From an uncultured Alphaproteobacteria bacterium (GTDB taxonomy: Bacteria > Pseudomonadota > Alphaproteobacteria > Caulobacterales > Caulobacteraceae), in the NCBI GenBank assembly GCA_942493205.1, contig OW818694.1, forward strand, positions 3,441,565 through 3,505,564: 64,000 nucleotides of DNA, written 5' to 3'. Of this stretch, positions 37,956-46,808 are shown piece after piece. The notes beneath the pieces are model-generated. The model searched no databases. It had not been told where the DNA came from and saw only the letters and a program-made list of their open reading frames with translations. Each line of letters begins with the position of its first letter. Position 1 is the first letter of the stretch. Position numbers and translations under genes: made by a program.

Positions 37956-39158
37956 ATGGACCTCGATTTTCTGCCTGAGCACGCCGAGTTCCGTAAGGAA
38001 GTCCGCGCCTGGATCGAAGCCAACTACCCGGCCGAGAACCGCCGCAAGCAGGAAGCCGGCGAGCATCTGACCAAGGAGGACATCCTCTCCTGGCACCGGA
38101 TTCTCAACAACAAGGGCTGGCTGACGCCGTCCTGGCCGGTCGAGTACGGCGGCACCGGCTGGGATTCGGTGCGCAAGTACATCTTCTCCGAGGAGCTGGC
38201 CCGGGCGCAGACCAGCCAGACCAGCTTCGGCCTGGGGATGATCGGGCCGGTGCTCTACACCTTCGGCACGCCCGAGCAGAAGGCCAAGTTCCTGCCCGGC
38301 ACCATGAACGGCGACATCTGGTGGTGCCAGGGCTACAGCGAGCCCGGCGCCGGCTCCGACCTCGCCGGCCTGTCGACCCGCGCCGAGCGCATCAAGGGCG
38401 ACGACGGCAAGGAATACTACGTCGTCAACGGCCAGAAGACCTGGACCACCCAGGGCCACTTCGCCGACTGGGGCTTCTTCCTGGTCCGCACCGACCCGAC
38501 GGCCAAGAAGCAGGAGGGCATCTCCTTCCTGCTGATCGACATGACCACCCCCGGCATCACCGTGCGCCCGATCATCACCATCGAGGGCGGCCACGAGGTC
38601 AACGACGTCTTCCTGGACAACGTGAAGGTCCCCGTCGAGAACCTGATCGGCCAGGAAAACAAGGGCTGGACGGTCGCCAAGTACCTGCTCGGCCACGAGC
38701 GCACCGGCATCGCCGGCGTCGCCCGCTCCAAGCGCGGCATCGAGAAGCTGCGCGAGATCGCCGCGAGCGAGCCCGGCGACGACGCCCAGGCGCTGATGAA
38801 GGATGCCGACTTCCGCCGCAAGATCGCCGAGCTGGAGATCGACCTGGCCGCCCTCGAGTACACCGAGCTGCGCACCCTGGCCGGCGAAGCGTCCGGCAAG
38901 GGCCCCGGCCCGGAAGCCAGCCTGCTGAAGGTCAAGGGCACCGAGGTCGGCCAGCGCCTGACCGAGCTGACCCTGGAGGCCGCCGCCCACTACGGCGCGC
39001 CGCACGCCAAGGGCCTCTCGGGCGACAACAGCCTGTCGATCCCCAGCTGGGCCGCCAAGTCGGCGCCGACCTACTTCAACATGCGCAAGACCTCGATCTT
39101 CGGCGGCTCCAACGAGATCCAGCGCAACATCATGGCCAAGGCCGTCCTGGGGCTGTGA
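37956..39158 (+). CDS. acyl-CoA dehydrogenase
   Basis: MDLDFLPEHAEFRKEVRAWIE..WCQGYSEPGAGSDLAGL..GQKTWTT..IFGGSNEIQRNIMAKAVLGL. Confidence 0.93.
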   Translation: MDLDFLPEHAEFRKEVRAWIEANYPAENRRKQEAGEHLTKEDILSWHRILNNKGWLTPSWPVEYGGTGWDSVRKYIFSEELARAQTSQTSFGLGMIGPVLYTFGTPEQKAKFLPGTMNGDIWWCQGYSEPGAGSDLAGLSTRAERIKGDDGKEYYVVNGQKTWTTQGHFADWGFFLVRTDPTAKKQEGISFLLIDMTTPGITVRPIITIEGGHEVNDVFLDNVKVPVENLIGQENKGWTVAKYLLGHERTGIAGVARSKRGIEKLREIAASEPGDDAQALMKDADFRRKIAELEIDLAALEYTELRTLAGEASGKGPGPEASLLKVKGTEVGQRLTELTLEAAAHYGAPHAKGLSGDNSLSIPSWAAKSAPTYFNMRKTSIFGGSNEIQRNIMAKAVLGL

Positions 39159-39218
39159 GCCACCCGGTCGGGGACATGCACGTCAGTGTGTGTCCCCTTC
39201 AGCGTCCATCCAATCGAC

Positions 39219-39311
39219 GTCATCCTGAGCAGTCCGCGAAGCGGACGTGTCGAAGGACGCACGGACTCACTGCGTCCTTCGACACGCGCCTGCGGCGCTG
39301 CTCAGGATGAC
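39219..39311. repeat. GTCATCC-type composite element (F-9nt-R architecture)
   Basis: gtcatcctgagcagtccgcgaagcggacgtgtcgaaggacgca, spacer cggactcac, then tgcgtccttcgacacgcgcctgcggcgctgctcaggatgac. Confidence 0.88.
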
Positions 39312-39327
39312 GTGGAAGGGGACAGTC

Positions 39328-39371
39328 GGGGACAGGTTAAGGTGTCCCAAGGGACATCTTAACCTGTCCCC
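39328..39371. repeat. 44-bp palindromic element, copy b
   Basis: ggggacaggttaaggtgtcccaagggacatcttaacctgtcccc is the exact reverse complement of copy c. It is preceded by a partial ggggacagtc (39318-39327). Confidence 0.92.
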
Positions 39372-39380
39372 GATGCTGCC

Positions 39381-40001
39381 TCAGCCGAACAGGCCGTTGA
39401 ACCAGGCGCCGATCGCCGCGAAGATTCCGGCCAGCCAGGCCAGCAGCCCGCCGCCAGCCTTCGCCTCCGCCTCGGGCGTGAACCAGCTCGGCGCGGCCGG
39501 CGGGGCGCAGTTCATCCGCATGCCCGCGCCCTTGAGGTAGCCCCGGCGGATCTTGCCGGCGTTGATGGCCGCGGCCACCCGCTTGTCACGGCGCTCGGCG
39601 CCCGACAGCTTGCGCACCCAGTCCCGGAACGGCAGGACGCCGCGGGTCTCGTCCTCGACCGCGCCGACGACGGCGTCGCCGGCCGCCTGCTTGAGCTTCT
39701 GGCCCCGGGTGCGCGTGTCGGGCGGCCGCGGCTCGTCGAGGTCCGGCCCCAGCGCCGCGTCCAGCCGGCCGACCTCGGCGGCGATCGGCTCGCAGCGCGT
39801 CATGCCGGTCATGTCGTAGGGGCTGGCGACGGCGCGCTTCAGGACGTCCGGAATGTCGACGTGCTTGAGGTTCAGGTCGTCGAGCGGCGCGGTGACGGCG
39901 TCGCGCAGGTTCGGACGCGTCTGGGTCGAACCCCGGTCCTGCGCTGCGGCAGGCCCGGCGGCGAGCAGGAGAACGGCGGCGGTCAGGCTCAGGTAGCGCA
40001 T
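39381..40001 (-). CDS. secreted hypothetical protein with C-terminal hydrophobic anchor
   Basis: The signal peptide reads MRYLSLTAAVLLLAAGPAAAQ. The C-terminus reads GGLLAWLAGIFAAIGAWFNGLFG. Confidence 0.6.
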   Translation of the reverse strand: MRYLSLTAAVLLLAAGPAAAQDRGSTQTRPNLRDAVTAPLDDLNLKHVDIPDVLKRAVASPYDMTGMTRCEPIAAEVGRLDAALGPDLDEPRPPDTRTRGQKLKQAAGDAVVGAVEDETRGVLPFRDWVRKLSGAERRDKRVAAAINAGKIRRGYLKGAGMRMNCAPPAAPSWFTPEAEAKAGGGLLAWLAGIFAAIGAWFNGLFG

Positions 40002-40050
40002 GGGCCTCCATAGACGATCCAGCCCGTCGGCGGAATTGTGGCTGGGCTAT

Positions 40051-40170
40051 CCTCCCCGCGAAGCCGGGGAGGGGGACCGCGCGGAGCGCGGTGGAGGGGG
40101 CTGCGCCGGCGCCGGCAGTTCTGCCCCCTCAGTCAGGCTCCGCCTGACAGCTCCCCGGCAAGCGGGGAGC
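40051..40170. repeat. REP-like inverted pair (CCTCCCCGCGAAGCCGGGGAGGGGG type)
   Basis: cctccccgcgaagccggggagggggaccgcgcggagcgcggtggaggggg ... gccccctcagtcaggctccgcctgacagctccccggcaagcggggagc. Confidence 0.7.
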
Positions 40171-40236
40171 ATTGCGCGGCGCCTTCCCCTTCCGCGCCCG
40201 AACCGCCTACAGTCCGCCCAGACCGGGCGAACCGGC

Positions 40237-41274
40237 ATGGGAGGCACAGTGACCACAACAACCCGCCGCTGGGTGCTCGCGCGCCATGTCGAGGGCGCGC
40301 CGTCGCCGGAGGATTTCCGGCTCGAAACGGCGCCGCTTCCCGCGCTGGAGGATGGCAAGTTCATTGCGAAGGTGATCCTCAGTTCGGTCGATCCCGGCAC
40401 GCGCTCGCGGCTGTCGGGCGGCGACAGCTATGCCGGGGCGATGAAGATCGGCGAGGGCATCGACGGCTTCTGCGTGGCGCAGGTCACGGAGAGCAAGAAC
40501 CCCCACTACGCGCCGGGCGACCTGATCGCGGCGGGCGGCGGCTGGCGCGAGCACTTCGTGTCGGACGGCCGGGGCTTCATCCAGAAGATCACCGACCGCC
40601 GCGTGCCGCTGGGCTGCTGGATCGGCATCCTGGGCGTGCCCGGCCTGACCGCCTGGTTCGGCATGCACCGGGTGGGACAGGCGAAGGAGGGCGAGACCCT
40701 GCTGGTCACCTCCGCCGCCGGCCCGGTCGGCGCCACCGCCGGCCAGATCGGCAAGAAGCTGGGCATGCGCGTCGTCGGCATCGCCGGCGGGCCGAAGAAA
40801 TGCGCCTGGCTGAAGGACGAGGCCGGCTTCGACGCGGTCATCGACTACAAGGCCGAGCCTGACCTGACGGCGGCGATCAGGGCGGCCTGCCCGGGCGGCG
40901 TCGACGTGCTGTTCGACAACGTCGGCAACGAGATGGTCGACCGCGTCCTGCCGCTGATGAAGCTGCGCGGCCGGGTCGTCGTGTCCGGCCAGGTGGCCGA
41001 CTACAATGTGCCGGTCGAGCAGCGTCATGGCCTCAAGCACACCGACGTCTTCATCACTCACCGCGTCCGCATGGAGGGGCTGGTGGTGTTCGACGACATC
41101 CGCCAGTTCGCCGCCGCCCAAAGCCAGATGGCCGACTGGATCGCCGACGGCTCGCTGAAGTTCGCCATCGAGGAGTTCGAAGGCCTGGAGTCCGCCGCTT
41201 CAGCCTTCTGCGGCCTGTTCCGGGGCGAGAATTTCGGCCGCCGGCTGGTGCGCGTTTCGAAGGATCCCGCCTGA
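40237..41274 (+). CDS. NADP-dependent oxidoreductase (YncB/alkenal reductase-like MDR)
   Basis: ..RRWVLARHVEGAPSPEDFRLETAPLPALEDGKFIAKVILSSVDPGTRS..ETLLVTSAAGPVGATAGQIGKKLG. This is the internal ATG at 40237 of the track ORF. Confidence 0.85.
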   Translation: MGGTVTTTTRRWVLARHVEGAPSPEDFRLETAPLPALEDGKFIAKVILSSVDPGTRSRLSGGDSYAGAMKIGEGIDGFCVAQVTESKNPHYAPGDLIAAGGGWREHFVSDGRGFIQKITDRRVPLGCWIGILGVPGLTAWFGMHRVGQAKEGETLLVTSAAGPVGATAGQIGKKLGMRVVGIAGGPKKCAWLKDEAGFDAVIDYKAEPDLTAAIRAACPGGVDVLFDNVGNEMVDRVLPLMKLRGRVVVSGQVADYNVPVEQRHGLKHTDVFITHRVRMEGLVVFDDIRQFAAAQSQMADWIADGSLKFAIEEFEGLESAASAFCGLFRGENFGRRLVRVSKDPA

Positions 41275-42065
41275 TGAAGTTCGAGGACTACCAGCGCTTC
41301 ACCTTCCGCCGCGATGGCCGGATCCTGGTCTGCGCCTTCAGCGGCAACGCCGTGAACGCCGTCGACGCCCGCATGCACGACGAGCTGGCCGAGCTGTTCG
41401 TCGATCTGCAGCATGACGAGGACAGCGACCTGATCGTCCTGACCGGTGAGAACCGCGCTTTCTGCGCCGGCGGCGACTTCGACTGGTTCGACGAACAGAT
41501 CAACGATCCGCGGAAGTTCCGCGCCATCGCCTATGACGCCAAGCGGATCATCAGCGGCCTGCTCGACCTGGAAAAGCCGATCATCGCCCGGCTGAACGGC
41601 GCGGCGGCGGGGCTTGGCGCCACGATCGCCCTGCTCTGCGACGTGATCATCGCCGACGAGGGCGCCAAGATCGGCGATCCGCATGTGAAGGTCGGGCTGG
41701 TGGCCGGCGACGGCGGCGCGATCATCTGGCCGCAGCTGATCGGCTTCGCCCGCGCCAAGGAGCTGCTGATGACCGGCGACCTGCTGTCGGCGACGGAAGC
41801 GGCCGGCATGGGGCTGATCAACTACGCGGTGCCGACGGCCGAGCTTGACGCCAAGGTGGCCGAGATCGCCGGCAAGATCCTGGGCAACCCCCGCTGGGCG
41901 GTGCGCTGGACCAAGATGACCGCCAATATCACCCTCAAGCAGATCATGGTCAGCACCTCCGACGCGGCCGTGGCCTATGAGTCGCTGAGCAACATGACCG
42001 CCGACCGCAAGGAGGCCGTCGCCGCCTTCCGCGAAAGGCGGCCGATGAATTTGACGGGGGAGTGA
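41274..42065 (+). CDS. enoyl-CoA hydratase/isomerase family protein
   Basis: ..LIVLTGENRAFCAGGDF..IIARLNGAAAGLGATIALLCDVIIA. The ATG overlaps the upstream stop. Confidence 0.9.
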   Translation: MKFEDYQRFTFRRDGRILVCAFSGNAVNAVDARMHDELAELFVDLQHDEDSDLIVLTGENRAFCAGGDFDWFDEQINDPRKFRAIAYDAKRIISGLLDLEKPIIARLNGAAAGLGATIALLCDVIIADEGAKIGDPHVKVGLVAGDGGAIIWPQLIGFARAKELLMTGDLLSATEAAGMGLINYAVPTAELDAKVAEIAGKILGNPRWAVRWTKMTANITLKQIMVSTSDAAVAYESLSNMTADRKEAVAAFRERRPMNLTGE

Positions 42066-42083
42066 AGATTGGCGCTGGCTCAA

Positions 42084-42194
42084 TGCGTCCTTCGCGACGC
42101 TCGCCTGAGGCTCGCTCCTCAGGATGACGAAGGTAGGTGGGATGCAAAAATGCTCGTCATGCTGAGGAGCGCGGAGCGCGTCGCGAAGCACGCA
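42084..42194. repeat. GTCATCC-type composite element, divergent subtype (R-spacer-F)
   Basis: tgcgtccttcgcgacgctcgcctgaggctcgctcctcaggatgac, a 27-nt spacer, then gtcatgctgaggagcgcggagcgcgtcgcgaagcacgca. Confidence 0.85.
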
Positions 42195-42208
42195 GGGCCT
42201 GTCAGCGC

Positions 42209-43372
42209 ATGAGCCTTCCCCCCGAACCCTCCCACGTCACCGAACTGCGCTCCATCCTGCAGCGGTTCATCGCCGAGAAGGCCCCTCGCGAGAAGCGGCG
42301 GGAGTGGGACCGCACCCACACCTTCCCGCGCGACCTGTTCAAACAACTGGCCGACCTGGGCCTCTGCGGGCTGACGGTGCCGGAGGAGTACGGCGGCACC
42401 GGCCCGGACATCCTGGGCGCGGTCGCGGCCATCGAGGAACTGTGCCGGGCGGGCTCCTTCCTCGCCGGGCCCTTCATCCAGTGCGCCTTCTACGGCGGCA
42501 TGAACATCCTCGAGAACGGCTCGGCCGAGCAGAAGGCCGCGCTGCTGCCGAAGCTTGCGAAGGGCGAGCTGATCTTCGCCTATGGCCTGTCGGAGCCCGA
42601 CGTCGGCGGCGACCTGTCGCAGGTCTCGACCCGCGCCCGCCGCGAGGGCGACGAGATCGTCGTCACCGGGGCCAAGCGCTGGTGCACGGGCGCCGACTTC
42701 GCCGACTATATCTACTGCCTGGTCCGTTCGGACCCGGAGGCTCCGGCGCGGAGCGGCCTATCCTTCCTGCTGATCCCGACCAACGCCCCGGGCGTGACCA
42801 TCACCCCGATCGACCATGTGAACCTGCGCTACACCCTGTCGTCCGACGTCCACTTCGACGAGGTCCGCCTGCCGCTGTCGGCCATCGTCGGCGGGCCGGA
42901 GAAGTGGAACCAGGGCTGGAAGATGCTGGCCGGCCGGGCGCTGGACATCGAGAAGCTGGAGATCAGCGCCTGCGCCTTCGGCATCGCCCAGGCGGCGATG
43001 GAGGAGGCCTGGGCCTACAGTCAGGAACGGGTCCAGTTCGGCAAGCCCATCTCCGCCCACCAGGCCGTGCGCCATGCGCTGGTCGACGCCCGCACCAAGC
43101 TGGAGGCCTGCCGCCTGATGCTGTGGAACGCCGCGCGGCTCGCCCACGAGGGCCGGCCCTGCGCGGTCGAGACCAGCATGGCCAAGCTGTTCATCGCCGA
43201 GGTCGGGGTCGAGATCGCCCTGGCCTGCCAGCGGGTGATGGGCGCCTACGCCATGTCCGCCGACTACGACATCGAACGCAACGTGCGCGACCTGCTGGGC
43301 ATGCCGATCGTCGGCGGCTCCTCGAACATGCAGCGCAACAACCTCGCCGCCCTCTGGAAGCTCCCCGCATGA
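42209..43372 (+). CDS. acyl-CoA dehydrogenase family protein
   Basis: ..LCGLTVPEEYGGTGPDILGAVAAIEEL..FAYGLSEPDVGGDLSQVST..GAKRWCTGA.. Confidence 0.88.
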   Translation: MSLPPEPSHVTELRSILQRFIAEKAPREKRREWDRTHTFPRDLFKQLADLGLCGLTVPEEYGGTGPDILGAVAAIEELCRAGSFLAGPFIQCAFYGGMNILENGSAEQKAALLPKLAKGELIFAYGLSEPDVGGDLSQVSTRARREGDEIVVTGAKRWCTGADFADYIYCLVRSDPEAPARSGLSFLLIPTNAPGVTITPIDHVNLRYTLSSDVHFDEVRLPLSAIVGGPEKWNQGWKMLAGRALDIEKLEISACAFGIAQAAMEEAWAYSQERVQFGKPISAHQAVRHALVDARTKLEACRLMLWNAARLAHEGRPCAVETSMAKLFIAEVGVEIALACQRVMGAYAMSADYDIERNVRDLLGMPIVGGSSNMQRNNLAALWKLPA

Positions 43373-44523
43373 CGTTCAACGCCGTCACTGTCGCCCAGTC
43401 GTTCGCCGAAGAGATCCACCGCCGCGCGCCGGAGATCGAGAGCGCCCGCCGCCTCCCGGCCGACCTGGCGAAGAAGCTCGCCGAGGCGGGTCTGTTCCGC
43501 ATGCTGCTGCCGGCCGCCCTGGGCGGTCACCAGACGCCGCCGGCCCAGCTGGCCCTGGCCATCGAGACCCTGGCCCAGGCCGACGCCTCGGCCGCCTGGT
43601 GCGTGATGATCGGCTCCACGACCGCCGCCATGGCCAACCGCCTACCGGCCGGCATGGCGCGGGAGGTGTTCGGCGAGCCGGACGTCATCTCCGCCGGCGT
43701 CTACGCCCCGATGGGCAAGGCGGTGGAGGACGGCGACGACTGGATCGTCACCGGCCGTTGGCAGTGGGGCAGCGGCTCGCAGAACGCACACTGGATCGCC
43801 GGCGGTGCGGTGCTGATGGGTCCGGAGGGGCCGCTGACCGACGACGACGGCCAGCCGCTGCACCGGATGATGCTGATCCGCGCCGATCAGGTGGAGCTGA
43901 TCGACACCTGGCGCACCTCGGGCCTGTGCGGCACCGGCAGTCTCGACTTCCAGGTCAAGGACGCGCGGGTGCCCAAGGCGCGCAGCGTGGCGCTGCACGC
44001 CGATCCGGTGACGGTCGGAACCCCGCTGGCCCGGTTCCCGATCTTCGGCATGCTGGCGCTGGGCGTGACGGCGGTGGCGCTCGGCAACGCCCGCGGCGCC
44101 CTGCTGGCCGCCGGGACCACGGTCCAGAGCAAGAAGTCCGCCGGCTCCTCGCGCACCATGGCCGAGCGCAACGTCGTCCAGGTCGACTTCGCCCGGGCCG
44201 TGGCGAAACTGTCGGCGGCCCGCGCCCACTACTTCGAGACCATCGGCGTCCTCTGGGCGGCGGTGCAGGCCGGCGGCGATGTCGGGCTGGAGCCGCGCGC
44301 GCGGCTGCGGCTGGCCTGCGCCCACGCCGCCGAGGTCGCCGCCGAGGTCAGCAAGGTCGCCTACGACATGCTCGGGGGCTCGGCGGTCTATCTGGAGAAC
44401 GACCTGCAGCGCCGCTTCCGCGACGCCCACGTCATCACCCATCACGCCATGGTCGCGCCGGCCATGTACGAGGTGACCGGCCGAATCCTGCTGGGCCTTC
44501 CGACCCGCGGCGCCCAGATCTGA
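43369..44523 (+). CDS. acyl-CoA dehydrogenase-fold protein (type-2 C-terminal domain, flavin monooxygenase-like subgroup)
   Basis: ..LPADLAKKLAEAGLFRMLLPAALGG..ADASAAWCVMIGSTT..GRWQWGSGSQNAHW..LQRRFRDAHVITHHAM. The ATGA overlap with the upstream ACAD stop links the two genes. Confidence 0.8.
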   Translation: MTFNAVTVAQSFAEEIHRRAPEIESARRLPADLAKKLAEAGLFRMLLPAALGGHQTPPAQLALAIETLAQADASAAWCVMIGSTTAAMANRLPAGMAREVFGEPDVISAGVYAPMGKAVEDGDDWIVTGRWQWGSGSQNAHWIAGGAVLMGPEGPLTDDDGQPLHRMMLIRADQVELIDTWRTSGLCGTGSLDFQVKDARVPKARSVALHADPVTVGTPLARFPIFGMLALGVTAVALGNARGALLAAGTTVQSKKSAGSSRTMAERNVVQVDFARAVAKLSAARAHYFETIGVLWAAVQAGGDVGLEPRARLRLACAHAAEVAAEVSKVAYDMLGGSAVYLENDLQRRFRDAHVITHHAMVAPAMYEVTGRILLGLPTRGAQI

Positions 44524-44531
44524 CCGGGATC

Positions 44532-44575
44532 GGGGACAGGTTAAGATGTCCCTTGGGACACCTTAACCTGTCCCC
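44532..44575. repeat. 44-bp palindromic element, copy c
   Basis: ggggacaggttaagatgtcccttgggacaccttaacctgtcccc begins 9 nt after the stop at 44523. Confidence 0.92.
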
Positions 44576-44706
44576 GAAACCCTCCTCGCAACCGTTAACG
44601 TCGCACGGCGTTCTTTCGGCGCATGTCGAGGGCGGGCGCTCGCGAGGCGACGAAGGGTGCGGGAGACCGTTCTTCGCTCCGCCATTGGAAGAGGAAACGG
44701 AGCGCT

Positions 44707-45456
44707 ATGAAGACCCACCTTATCGCCGTCGCCACGGCCAGTCTGATCGCCCTGTCGGCCGGCGCCGCCGGCGCGCAGAGCTATCCCCAGTCCTGGGACC
44801 AGTACCAGGCCCAGCAGCGCGAGTATCAGCGTCAGCGCGGCGCCTACCAGGATCGTCGCGAGGACTACGAGGCCCAGCGCCGGGCCTACGAGGCCAAACG
44901 CCAGCAGTATCTGCGCGACCAGGCCGCCTATGACCGCCGCTACGGCCGCGGCGCCTATGTTCGAGCCTATGGCGAGTGGCGCTGGGATCCCTACGCGCCG
45001 AGCGCCGACCGCTATGGCCGCGACGTCGCCTACAACGACGCCTACGCCCCCTACCGCGACAGCCCCTGCGAACGGCGGCGGGACGGCAACACCACCGCCG
45101 GCGCCATCATCGGCGCCTTGGCCGGCGCGGCCATCGGCTCCAACGTCGCGTCCAGCGGCGTTAGGACCGAGGGCGCGGTCCTCGGCGCCCTGGTCGGCGG
45201 CGGCGTCGGCGGGGCCATCGGCCGAAGCAGCGCCCGGTGCGACGACGACGGCTACTGGTACAGCCGCGACCAGACCATCTCCTACCGCGAGGCCGGCTAC
45301 CGGCGCGGCCAGCGCAGCGGCCGCTACGGCTACAGCGCCTACAGCCGTCGCGGCTGTCGCCTCGCCCCCGCGCCGGTCGAATGGAACGGCCGCACCGAGT
45401 ACCGCTACGTCCGGGTCTGCCCCGACAGCCGCGGCCGCTACCGCATCACGGGGTAG
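44707..45456 (+). CDS. secreted Gln/Arg/Tyr-rich protein with glycine-zipper segment
   Basis: The signal peptide reads MKTHLIAVATASLIALSAGAAGAQ. The glycine zipper reads GAIIGALAGAAIGSNVASSGVRTEGAVLGALVGGGVGGAIG. The SD sequence GGAAACGGAG lies upstream. Confidence 0.7.
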   Translation: MKTHLIAVATASLIALSAGAAGAQSYPQSWDQYQAQQREYQRQRGAYQDRREDYEAQRRAYEAKRQQYLRDQAAYDRRYGRGAYVRAYGEWRWDPYAPSADRYGRDVAYNDAYAPYRDSPCERRRDGNTTAGAIIGALAGAAIGSNVASSGVRTEGAVLGALVGGGVGGAIGRSSARCDDDGYWYSRDQTISYREAGYRRGQRSGRYGYSAYSRRGCRLAPAPVEWNGRTEYRYVRVCPDSRGRYRITG

Positions 45457-45468
45457 GGTGTGGATGCA

Positions 45469-45512
45469 GGGGACAGGTTAAGGTGTCCCTTGGGACACCT
45501 TAACCTGTCCCC
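45469..45512. repeat. 44-bp palindromic element, copy d (perfect palindrome)
   Basis: ggggacaggttaaggtgtcccttgggacaccttaacctgtcccc begins 13 nt after the stop at 45456. It contains the TAA stop (45500-45502, minus strand) of the convergent deaminase gene. Confidence 0.92.
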
Positions 45513-46525
45513 GAGGCCGCCACATACGCATCCACCGCCGCGAGGTGTCGCGCCTTCTCCGGCTCGCTCAGGAACGACCCGCTGAAGCTGTTCTTCGCCA
45601 GCGTCACCAGATCATCTCTCGTCAGGCCCACCGCCTCGGCCGTGCTCAGGAAGTTCTCGGCCAGGTAGCCGCCGAAGTAGGCGGGGTCGTCGCTGTTGCA
45701 GGTGGCCTTGAGCCCCAGGTCCAGCATCCGTTTCATCGGATGATCCTTCAGGTCCCTGACCACGCAGAGGCTGAGGTTCGACAGCGGGCAGACCGTCAGG
45801 GTGATGCCCATGTCCACCAGCCGCTGCGTCAGCGCCGGATCCTCCAGCGCCCGGTTGCCGTGGTCGATGCGGTCGACGCCGACGATATCCAGCGCCTCGT
45901 AGACATAGGCCGGCGGGCCCTCCTCGCCGGCATGGGCGTTGACCAGCAGGCCCCGCTCGCGGCTGGCCTTCATGACCCGCGCGAACTTCGACGGCGGATG
46001 GCCGACCTCGCCGCTGTCGAGGCCCACGCCCGCGAACCTGTCCAGGTAGGGCTCTGCCTGTTTCAAAGTCTCGAACGCCGCCTCTTCGCTGAGGTGGCGC
46101 AGGTAGCTCATGATCAGCTTGCTGCTGATCCCGAGTTCGTCCTGCGCCTGCGCCATCCCGGCCAGGATGCCGTCGGCGGCGACGCTGAAGGGCAGGCCCC
46201 GGTCGGTGTGCGTCTGCGGATCATAGAAGATCTCCGCATGCACCCCGCCATCGGCGTGAAGGCGGCGGAAGTAGGCCATCGTCAGGTCCTGGAAATCCTC
46301 TTCCGTCTGCAGCACCCCGGCGCCCTGGTAGTAGATGTCCAGGAAGTCCTGCAGGTTGGAGAAGGCATAGGCCGCGCGGATCGCCTCGACACTGTCGAAG
46401 GGCAGACTGATGCGGTTGCGCTGCGCCAGGGCGAACATCAGCTCGGGCTCGAGACTGCCCTCGATGTGCAGGTGGAGTTCGGCCTTGGGCAGGCCGCGGA
46501 TGAAGGTCGCCAGATCGGTGCTCAT
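45500..46525 (-). CDS. adenosine/adenine deaminase family protein
   Basis: MSTDLATFIRGLPKAELHLHIEGSLEPELMF..VNAHAGEEGPP..DRIDHG..TVCPLSN..NSDDPAYFGG. In-frame alternative starts lie at 46534 and 46561. Confidence 0.9.
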   Translation of the reverse strand: MSTDLATFIRGLPKAELHLHIEGSLEPELMFALAQRNRISLPFDSVEAIRAAYAFSNLQDFLDIYYQGAGVLQTEEDFQDLTMAYFRRLHADGGVHAEIFYDPQTHTDRGLPFSVAADGILAGMAQAQDELGISSKLIMSYLRHLSEEAAFETLKQAEPYLDRFAGVGLDSGEVGHPPSKFARVMKASRERGLLVNAHAGEEGPPAYVYEALDIVGVDRIDHGNRALEDPALTQRLVDMGITLTVCPLSNLSLCVVRDLKDHPMKRMLDLGLKATCNSDDPAYFGGYLAENFLSTAEAVGLTRDDLVTLAKNSFSGSFLSEPEKARHLAAVDAYVAASGTG

Positions 46526-46808
46526 GTCCGCCATCTCACGGCGGGAACGTCGCCTGGTCAAGCGTCGGCGAGGGCGGCGCTGCGAGGCCGGTTCGACAGT
46601 TCAGGTATAGACAAGAGAAGGTGAGCATACTGCGGGGTAATGTCGGAAAGGCGACGCTATACGAACATTTGAGCGCACCTGACAGTATTTGTCGTGTCGC
46701 GGGGCGGCCGGACATGCGACAAGATCGTACTGCCGACGCGTGCTTACGGGCTGCGGCGACCGGGAGACTGTTGAAGCTCCCGTCCCATCCGAGAACCGGA
46801 ACCAGGCC

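Noticed and set aside
37860-39005. upstream 382 codons of the 1070-aa minus-strand ORF
   Set aside because: This is a shadow of the divergent plus-strand acyl-CoA dehydrogenase. FadB/J-like proteins of about 690 aa start at MAAINS (37859).
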